A stretch of 63,989 bases of DNA, filler included, from Octopus bimaculoides (Eukaryota), in assembly GCF_001194135.2 (NCBI RefSeq). It is 7 parts of 6 records of this genome, joined end to end, with 100 filler letters (N's around TTAATTAATTAA, not from the genome) between each part and the next. Parts side by side here need not be neighbours in the genome. Positions count along the whole stretch, not along the records: positions 46,452 to 55,996 come from NC_068994.1; positions 56,097 to 61,301 come from NC_068998.1; positions 61,402 to 63,989 come from NC_069007.1; 4 more parts are not named here. One strand, 5' to 3'. Every line of letters begins with the position of its first letter. Position 1 is the stretch's first letter. Position numbers and translations under genes: made by a program. The notes under the pieces are model-generated. The model was not told the origin of the DNA and did no database searches. It saw only the letters and a list, made by a program, of their open reading frames with translations. Shown piece by piece: positions 54,485 to 63,989 of this stretch.

Positions 54485-55732
54485 TGCGCGTGTACCTAAT
54501 CCTCCGCCTGGAATGTGACAATTCCTCCTACTGACATCCGGTATCGCATATTAAATGATCAATGAACGCTCTTTCGAACATGCCGAAAGGTCCAAGTTAG
54601 GATCTCACTATCCAGCTCCTCATTACTTCTCCGCCAGAGTCCATCAAGGCGAATGGTCCTGTCTCTGAAGGTTATTACTTTAACGGCTATTGCAACTGGA
54701 GCTCAATAAAATTCATATAAATTAGAATTCTCAAAGAATTGCTCAGCAGCTCTTCCAATATTCACTGACACTGTAGACGCTCGGGAAAATAATCAGCACA
54801 AGGAATGGCATTCATAAAAATACACAACACAGAATCATTAGAGATACATGACAATAATGTTTACCCTATACATTCACGTGTATTATATAACATTTGACTT
54901 CCTGGGGCTTTACTCCAGCAATATAACTAAAAGATTTGCTACATTCGAAACGAAGTTGTTCTTCGGCTTGTCAGATTGTATATTGTGCTTACAACAGTTA
55001 CATCATATTAATGGCTTCCTTTTACTCGTCATAAATATTTCGTGTTTCTTAAAAATGAAAATGAGATTACTGACGTTAATAGCACTCCCAGTAAACTTAG
55101 CAACGTAAGAGAAGGAAATAGGTTAAAGAAGAACCTATAACCACGAATCATAGTATCAGATCATTACCTCTTATCGTCTGCTTTCATCAGGAGATGGAAT
55201 AATTGAACCCAGTTTCAGTAGCCTCCAAAGTTTTTAAAAGGTCTTGCTCATTATTAAAGTTTCCTAATCGTGCCATCTATATTTCTCAATCAACTACTTA
55301 AATAGTTGAAATGGCCACGAAGACGTTACTCTGCGTGCTATGTTCAGGGTATCTTTCATTCAGTAATATTCAACACCGACCATAGACATCAAGTTTTGAT
55401 TGCCACTTAGAAAATTCTCTGAATATTTATTGACCATTAGGAAAAAAAAAACCCATTAGTTTTCTTTTCATTGATAGAAATTGATGACTGACATCAATAC
55501 ACATAAGGGACAAACTTCCAACAGACTAATAGACTGTCTGCTGCTCCTTATATTCATCTCCTACTCTAACATTTATCCATGTCCTTTATTGCTATTTAAA
55601 TATTGATCATAAACCAATATTGCGTTTTTTCTAGTTGTTAAGTAAATAACTCCATCTTTAATATATGTCACTGCCAGTTGTAATAAAGTGAATATTCTCT
55701 CTTTCTCTCCCTCTTTCACAAACGTGCGCACA

Positions 55733-55798
<66 letters not shown>

Positions 55799-56469
55799 TC
55801 CACACTCATCCACACACATTCACACACATAAGGAGTAAGGCTAAACGAAGACGGGTATTATCGTAAAAGTTTCTTATTAGTTATTGCAGTCATAAGAATA
55901 ACATTATTCACACACGATATTAATTTGCACTGCGTTTTTAAGCAACTTTTTCTATTCAAATACACACGCTCGCACATACGATTTCTCTCTCTCTCTNNNN
56001 NNNNNNNNNNNNNNNNNNNNNNNNNNNNNNNNNNNNNNNNTTAATTAATTAANNNNNNNNNNNNNNNNNNNNNNNNNNNNNNNNNNNNNNNNNNNNTAGT
56101 CAGTTGGTCACTACTTGTGGATTATAGTGAGAGTTTTGAAGGAAAGGAAATTATTACGGTAAAGGTTTGTGTAAATATTCTTCCAAGAAAAATGTACTTG
56201 TCGTTACATGTGTTAAAAGAACTGTTAACTGTGATGTTAACTTAAAAGAGAAAAAAAGAAAGAACTTTGTTACATGTTGTTTAACTGAAAAGAAAACAAA
56301 GAAGTAAAAGAACTTTTAATGGACTTGATGTACGAACTCTTGCTTATGTAATGATTGTAAACCTTTGATTATGTTGCATGCGCTATTGCTATATGCTATT
56401 GAATTTATTGTTACGCAATGTTATGCCATGTATTGATGATGTAATGTTTTGTTTGCTAAAAAGAAGAAA

Positions 56470-56660
56470 ACGTTAGTTCCGCTACCCAACGTATGGTCTC
56501 CATGTTATTTCTTCCTCCTCCTTTTGCCTGTTGTCTTCGTTGCGTGCTCCAGCTGGGCTTAGTCGTGGCGATCATCCCGACTCACTGAGCGTCGATGTTC
56601 GCGCGCGCGCGAGTTTTCTCTTCGTCGAGGTGCTTCGCGTGCGGGCGTTCGTAACATTAT
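56470..56660 (-). promoter_or_regulatory. CpG-rich island; candidate promoter and short non-coding first exon (minus strand)
   Basis: Dense CpG with a (GC)n run in an AT-rich background. Minus-strand donor CTCA|GTGAGT at 56585-56580, followed by T-rich intron-like sequence. The link to PHF12 is inference across two scaffold joins. Confidence 0.5.
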
Positions 56661-56901
56661 GTAAATATGCATAAGTATAAATATATAATATAATAATAAT
56701 ATATCAGTTTTAAAATTTTGAATTAAGTTTTTAAAGCATCTTACGATCGTTTCACAAAAGCGCTGTCCAACCAATAGGATTCCATTATTAGGACAGCGCT
56801 TTTGAGAAACGATCGTAAGATACTTTAAAAACTTAATTCAAAATTTTTAAACTGATATATTATTATTATATTATATATTTATACTTATACATATTTACAT
56901 A
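56658..56901. repeat. Long palindrome: 111-bp arms (56658-56768 / 56791-56901), 22-bp spacer
   Basis: Manual alignment of the left arm to the reverse complement of the right arm gives 4 mismatches in 111 bp. Spacer AACCAATAGGATTCCATTATTA. Outer ends TA-TGTAAA...TTTACA-TA. Confidence 0.92.
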
Positions 56902-57733
56902 TATTTTTACATATAGTTTTAATACAACAATTATTCTACATATGTATATATCTTTCCGATGAATTTTCTAATATTGATTCCTGATATTAATAATAATATA
57001 TTATAATATATATATATATATATATATAATTTCCGGGATTCAAGAGAATCACGTAGTTGTATTCCAGTTATGTATACATTCACAAATGGCTGACTGAATA
57101 CACATTGAGTCATCAAGGTCACACATGGGTACACTCACTACACCTATTGCACCGCCGTCTATAGACTCTAGATCCAAACGAACTGCAGGTTCTGAGTTAG
57201 GTGAAGGATAAACAAATAACAGATGGATTGAGGTTCATTACAGCTGTTTCAGATGTGTTTTTTTTATTGATGAACAGAAAACTGTTACAGCATGCAAAAA
57301 AACAACAACCTTTTCACCAGGTGAATGCAGGTAAGAATTAAACATTTAGAACTTCTCAAGAACAAGTACATAGTGCCACATGACTCTACCGACCCAAAAT
57401 CAGGCAGAGAATTTGGTTAAATAGTGTCATCTGGCACTGTGGTCACATATATATGTATATGAATATATATACATTTATATACATTCATGTGTGTATATAT
57501 AAACTATAAGAGTCAGGCGGTATGAGAGGTAAATATATATCTATTTAACCACGTGACATCCTGGTTACGAAATGGTTACGGCCATTTTACAACCTTCTTC
57601 ATGTAGTATTAATTTGAGTGTAGAAGGCACTATGCTTTCATGTTTGCACACAAATCAATGAAAATAAAGAAAGCTAGCTCCTGAGATCACCTGAACATCA
57701 TAGTTACACCGACGATCATCATGATATGTATAA

Positions 57734-57778
<45 letters not shown>

Positions 57779-59110
57779 ACAATCTCCTTGCCTTGACATC
57801 AGGCAGTAATTGTAAGCAAATGTCACTGTCGTGCAAGAGGTGTTCTATGTTTTCAACCTTCCACTTAATACTGTCTGGGCATAGTGAAATATTACCATAC
57901 ATGGAAACAGGTGAGGGTCGGCAACAAGAATGGAATCCAGCTATACAAAATATCTCTGATCCATGCGAGCATGAAAAAGCGGATGTTTCATGAATATATT
58001 ATTACATGGATAATAATATTTTCAATAATAGGCGCTAATTGCAGGCAAGCCATAGTAACAAGTTTCAATGAATTTTAATCGAAATTAAATCGCAAATTTT
58101 TATTCTAAATTGTATTTAGTTTATCAGTTTCACACATGCGCACGCGCACATACATAAACATATAAATGAAATTAAGTATTAAACTTTTCGCTTTCAAAAT
58201 ATCATCATTCACATAACATTTATATATGTATATATGTACTTCCATTCTTTTCGTTTTAGTTCATTTTTCCATACTTTCCCTTTCTGATACTAGCCCTTAT
58301 TTACTTTTCCAAGTAAATGGTAACATTTATAGGTCTTCGAAACACGACGTTGTGCACATGAAGTTGCCAACGACACTGATTTCATCAATATCATCGTGCA
58401 CACATACGTGCATATGGGGCTGAGAAAGAACAAAGAATACATAGAGGATAAGCGATACAGAAGCGGACAAAATGAATAAATGTAATTCTGGACGAGACTG
58501 TTAGTGGCCAGACGAGGGACAAAAACGAAATAGATAAAAACAATCAAACAGAATGTAGCCTTAGGGCGAGATGAAAACGAAGTATGAGTAACGCTAAGAG
58601 AGAAATCCTAAAGGATTGGAAATGGAAGGGCAACAGACAGCGAAACTAGGGAAATTAAGACCGATGTAAAAATGAGAGAAAGGAAAAAAGTCTGACCATG
58701 GTAGTGAGAAGAGAAGAAAGAGAGAGAAAGGGAGAGGGAGAGAGAGAGAGGAAGGAAGAGAGAGAGAAAGAAAAAAGGAGACAGAATAAAGGCTAGAAAT
58801 AGAAAACTTACTGTAAATAAAACCAATGGTACGTTGCGTTCTGTTAATCAATAAGTTAAAAACCGTATAGTAAATGCACAAACAAAAAACAGACACAGAA
58901 TGGCAAGTTAAAAAACAAATAGTAAATGCACAGACAAATGGAAAACAGACACAGATGGTCCCCAACTCCTCATCAGCTATCGGCCAGTGAATCCAACGCA
59001 ATTTCGTGCCCTTAACAATTAAATAAAACCAAGGGTACTTTGTATTCCTTTAATTAATAAAAAAAAATTTTAAAAAAACAAATATTAAATGCACAAACAG
59101 ACACAGAATG

Positions 59111-60632
59111 TGTTGTGGAAGGATTCCGACCACCCACCAAGTGACTAAAGGTGGACTGTCTCATTGTTATAAAACACAAAACTGTGAGCGATTGGCAGTT
59201 CGTGTTCCTAGCAGTACGCTGTGAACCTTTGATATAGAGCGTTGAGACTCGCAAAATAGTGATAGTAGTGCTATACTTTCTTTTCTCCCTGTTTCGTTAT
59301 ATTATATATCCAATACAAGGATATAAAAGTGGTGAGGAATGGTTCAAAGCTTGCGTTGGACGTTTAGAAATTTTGTTTTGGTACGAAACCAAAGAAAAAG
59401 TCATTTTAACATGGAAGATTTATTGGCCTCCGCGGTGCGGTTGCAATAGCAACAACAGCAGTTACAGCAGCAACTACAACAAATTGCTGGAATTAATGTT
59501 GAAGAAAATATTTCGGGTTCGTACTTGGAGAATTCAAATACAACCCAGAAGAAGGTATCACCTTCTCTGCATATTTTCGTTGATACGATGAAATCTTCAA
59601 AGAAGAGTCCGATGAGAAAAAAGTACGACTACTTTTAAGAAAGTTATCCCCTGCCAAACACGAAAAATACAGTAATTATATTCTGCCGAAGAAGCTAGGT
59701 GAGGTTTGTTTCGATGAAACAATATTTTATCGGAAATTTTCAGTGAAATAAGTTCCCTGTTCGATTTGGTCAAAAAAGATGATGAAGATTTCGTCAACTA
59801 TGCCGAAGTGATTAACAAGTAAGAAATTCAAATTGAATGAGTTAACCCCGGATGTGTTCAAGTCTTTAATTTTTGTACAAGAGCTTACTCAAACGAATAT
59901 GCAGATATACGTTCCCCGATATTAACAAAAATAGAACAGGACCAAACTTTAACTCTGCAAGCAGTAGCAGAAGAATGTCAGAGGATTATTAATCTATGAC
60001 ATTGTTTTCAGCTTCAAGCGTGTCGAGCAGTAACTAATAAGAAAACAGAAAAAAATATCAAAATCGAATTCATGTTATGGATGCGATAGTCTACATTAAA
60101 AAAAAATGTCCGTTTAAAAAGTGTAGTAAAAATAGGCCATAAAAAGTCGCACTGTAGGACAAACTAAAATATGGTTCGACAGAAAAAAATCGCATAAGCA
60201 GATTATCAGTGACAAAAACGGCGAACAACAAAAATACTTCTAAATTCAAGTTAAGGAACAAAGTTTTTTTTTAAACCTATAGATATGGTAAAGAAAGCTG
60301 GAAGGACGGTGTAATAATTAAACAAATTGGAAGAATGATATTCCTGGTAAAAGGAAAAAATGTCGAATACGAAACTACACGTTCTAGCACCAGAAAACGG
60401 AAAAGAACGGAAACACTGGAATTGAACCCTAAACGTAAGAGATATGAAAACTCGGAACGGAGTTCAATTCTCAAAAGGGGAAAAGATAGATGAGACTGAT
60501 TCTACAAAGGGGAGATGTTGTGGAAGGATTCCGACCACCCCTCAGGTGACTAAAGGTGAACTGCCTCATTGTTATAAAACAAAGAACTGTGAGCGATTGG
60601 CAGTGCGTGTTGGTAGTAGTTCACTGCGAGCC
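59111..60632 (+). mobile_element. Internally deleted Ty3/Gypsy element: LTR - gag relic - PPT - partial LTR, with no pol detected
   Basis: Direct repeats beginning TGTTGTGGAAGGATTCCGACCACCC at 59111 and 60516. PPT AAAGGGGAGA at 60506-60515. Gag-like EKKVRLLLRKLSPAKHEKYSNYILP...FKSLIFVQ...ILTKIEQ...LQAVAEEC and a decayed CCHC knuckle at ~60070-60160. Confidence 0.8.
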
Positions 60633-61261
60633 ACATCAGTTATGCAATTGTTCACATTAATGCCAATATCAGGTTGTAAAGTCTCCCGAAGCATGGGTCA
60701 TACACCTTCTACAAAAAGTAGATCTCACATTTGCAACTTCAACTGGTACTGCTTTATTCAATATTACTGCCCACCTCCAAAATCCCATAACATTCAAGAG
60801 GCACCTAAACAAATTCCTCCAAGACTCGGGTACATTTTGGTAAAAGACAATTCCTTAATCAAGTCGATTTTGGTATCCCAAAACATGACTTAAAAGACTA
60901 CACTAGGTCGTGTTATTATGTTAGCTATGGCCCAGAGCAATAATGGTCAAGATCTATCTCTGTTGTCAAGTTATATACATACTAGCATACCCGTGTTGAC
61001 AAAAATGCCAACAGTTTATTAATGATAGAAAATAGCATGTCAAAACAATGATAAAAATCATTGCTAAATGTCAGCAATCGAGTAAATATGTATATACACA
61101 GAATTGAATCACTTGAAAAATCAGATACAGTTGTAACGACTCTGTTGAAAGTATCGTCCACATAATGTACGTTATCAAGTAATATTTCACCATGCCCATA
61201 CATACATACATATATACATATAAATATATATACAAACATACATACACACATGTATGTGTGA

Positions 61262-61301
<40 letters not shown>

Positions 61302-61429
61302 NNNNNNNNNNNNNNNNNNNNNNNNNNNNNNNNNNNNNNNNNNNNTTAATTAATTAANNNNNNNNNNNNNNNNNNNNNNNNNNNNNNNNNNNNNNNNNNN
61401 NTTTGTCCCCACCCCACCCCCAACTTCGC

Positions 61430-61605
61430 TTGACAACCGTTGCTGGTGTGTTTACGTCCCCGTAACTTAGCGGTTCGGCAAAAAGAGACCGATAGAATAA
61501 GTACTAGGCTTACAAAGAATAAGTCTTGGGGTCGATTTGCTCGACTAAAGGCGGTGCCCCAGCATGGCCGCAGTCAAATGACTGAAACAAGTAAAAGAGT
61601 AAAAA
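61430..61605. mobile_element. Short interspersed family C (CpG-intact copy)
   Basis: CCCCGTAACTTAGCGGTTCGGCAAAAAGAGACCGATAGAATAAGTACT...CAGCATGGCCGCAGTCAAATGACTGAAACAAGTAAAA. CpG-decayed copies in the opposite orientation at ~13785-13980, 16230-16430, 43920-44100, 46205-46351. Confidence 0.8.
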
Positions 61606-62041
61606 AAAAAAGATATATATATGTATATATATGTGTGTGTGTGTGTATGTATATATATATATATACGTATATATATATATGCATATATATATAATATATA
61701 TATATATAAATATATATATGTGTGTGTGTGTGTGTGTAATATATGCATATGTATAAATATAGATATATGTGCATAAATATATAGATATATGTGTATAAAT
61801 ATATAGATATATGTGTATATATATATAAATATATATATATGTATAAATATATATATATGTATAAATATATATATGTATAAATATATATATTTATGTATAA
61901 ATATATATGTATTTTTGTATATATGAACATAAAAATATATAAACATATATAAACATATATACATAAACATATATATATATAAACATATATATATATAAAC
62001 ATATATACATACATAAACACACATATATATATTCATATATG

Positions 62042-62085
<44 letters not shown>

Positions 62086-63460
62086 CCGTGAAGTGAATTA
62101 GGAAGCTGTGGCCGTTTAAATTTTGCTGTCGGAACTATAGTCCTTCACCGTATATTAACTACAGAAAATAGTCTAATATTACAGAATATAACGCTCCGCA
62201 ATGGAAGCAAATGAACATTAGTGCGCTTACTAATGCCAGATTTTTTCCGTAATGNNNNNNNNNNNNNNNNNNNNNNNNNNNNNNNNNNNNNNNNNNNNNN
62301 NNNNNNNNNNNNNNNNNNNNNNNNNNNNNNNNNNNNNNNNNNNNNNNNNNNNNNNNNNNNNNNNNNNNNNNNNNNNNNNNNNNNNNNNNNNNNNNNNNNN
62401 NNNNNNNNNNNNNNNNNNNNNNNNNNNNNNNNNNNNNNNNNNNNNNNNNNNNNNNNNNNNNNNNNNNNNNNNNNNNNNNNNNNNNNNNNNNNNNNNNNNN
62501 NNNNNNNNNNNNNNNNNNNNNNNNNNNNNNNNNNNNNNNNNNNNNNNNNNNNNNNNNNNNNNNNNNNNNNNNNNNNNNNNNNNNNNNNNNNNNNNNNNNN
62601 NNNNNNNNNNNNNNNNNNNNNNNNNNNNNNNNNNNNNNNNNNNNNNNNNNNNNNNNNNNNNNNNNNNNNNNNNNNNNNNNNNNNNNNNNNNNNNNNNNNN
62701 NNNNNNNNNNNNNNNNNNNNNNNNNNNNNNNNNNNNNNNNNNNNNNNNNNNNNNNNNNNNNNNNNNNNNNNNNNNNNNNNNNNNNNNNNNNNNNNNNNNN
62801 NNNNNNNNNNNNNNNNNNNNNNNNNNNNNNNNNNNNNNNNNNNNNNNNNNNNNNNNNNNNNNNNNNNNNNNNNNNNNNNNNNNNNNNNNNNNNNNNNNNN
62901 NNNNNNNNNNNNNNNNNNNNNNNNNNNNNNNNNNNNNNNNNNNNNNNNNNNNNNNNNNNNNNNNNNNNNNNNNNNNNNNNNNNNNNNNNNNNNNGTTTAT
63001 TGAGCGAAAACACCTAAAAGCTCCGCGAGGCTCCGGCAGGGGATGGTGTCGAACCCTGCTGTACTCTTCCACCACAACTTTCTCTCACTCTTACTTCCTG
63101 TTTCTGTTGTGCCTGTAATTCAAAGGGTCAGCCTTGTCACACTGTGTCACGTTGAATCTCCCCGAGAACTACGTAAGGATACACGTGTCTGTGGAGTGCT
63201 CAGCCACTTGCACGTTAATTTCACGAGCAGGCTGTTCCGTTGATCGTATCAACTGGAACCCTCGACGTCGTAAGCGACGGAGTGCCAACAACAATATTTA
63301 CAGAGATGTGACAAAAGAGTCAACTGAGATCATTTTTTTATATATCTATGGCTTTGAGTTAAAGCTAACCCATCATCTCTATAGAAACCAAAATTTATGA
63401 TAGTAAATTTATTAGGGAGAACGTCGAAAAAATCCTTGTGATGTTACACATAACATGTGT

Positions 63461-63519
<59 letters not shown>

Positions 63520-63989
63520 TGCGCGCAGAAAGAGAGAAACAAAGAGAGACTTTATTACTAAATTCACTTGGGTGTAGAAAAAGGTTTAACGCTACGCAAT
63601 AAGAGAAGTGTAGCCTATATATATTTTCGTCAGTGTATTTGACTGTTGAATGTTCGCTTTCGTTTCATCGAATTTATACGAGAGTTTCAGACGAACGACA
63701 CGGGGAACCGTCTCCCAACACATACATACACATACATTCATATACAGATGTACACATATATACATATATAAACATACACAAATATGTATGCATATATATA
63801 TATGCATACATATATATACATACATATACATATACAATTATGTATGAATATGCATGTATGTATGTATGTATGTATGTATGTATGTATGTATGTATGTATC
63901 AATACATACAGATATATGCTTACATTTATACATATACATAAGTTACATATATATACATACATATTTATAGATAGATAAATAGATAGATA

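Noticed and set aside
56455-56503. Minus-strand ATG (METIRWVAELTFSSF*) as the PHF12 start
   Set aside because: No similarity to the conserved YDLDTSGGLM-type N-terminus, no good donor, and it lies downstream of the stronger GTGAGT donor.
57278-57330. Possible plus-strand 53-nt exon ending CAG|GTAAGA (bidirectional promoter idea)
   Set aside because: A single good donor with no partner exon or coding signal; expected by chance in this much sequence.

Overview
Eukaryotic, repeat-dense genomic DNA. The SINE/RTE repeat content and (TA)n/(CA)n/(TAA)n/(CAT)n microsatellite load suggest a coleoid cephalopod, probably Octopus (inference, not verified by search). Six 100-bp spacers (44 N + TTAATTAATTAA + 44 N) join seven blocks: 1-11199, 11300-22280, 22381-34531, 34632-46351, 46452-55996, 56097-61301, 61402-63989. 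The only host gene I can firmly support is a minus-strand PHF12 (Pf1) orthologue. Five spliceable exons (44375->35938, 693 nt, 231 codons) encode both PHD fingers. Its first coding exon and C-terminal half (Sin3-binding/FHA region) were not found. The rest is microsatellites, tRNA-derived SINEs, RTE, R4/Dong-like, Tx1-like and Penelope-like retroelement remnants, two Tc1/mariner relics, an internally deleted Gypsy element and MITEs. Nearly all ORFs in the supplied track are microsatellite or N-gap artefacts. I found no clearly new multi-gene system. The best leads are: a 111-bp-arm palindrome abutting a CpG-rich putative promoter; an inverted repeat pair bracketing one PHF12 exon (dsRNA/ADAR/circRNA candidate); sharp CpG-decay domains readable from sibling SINE copies; and R4/Dong-like LINEs sitting in (TAA)n tracts. 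Repeat coordinates are approximate; PHF12 exon coordinates were counted base by base.
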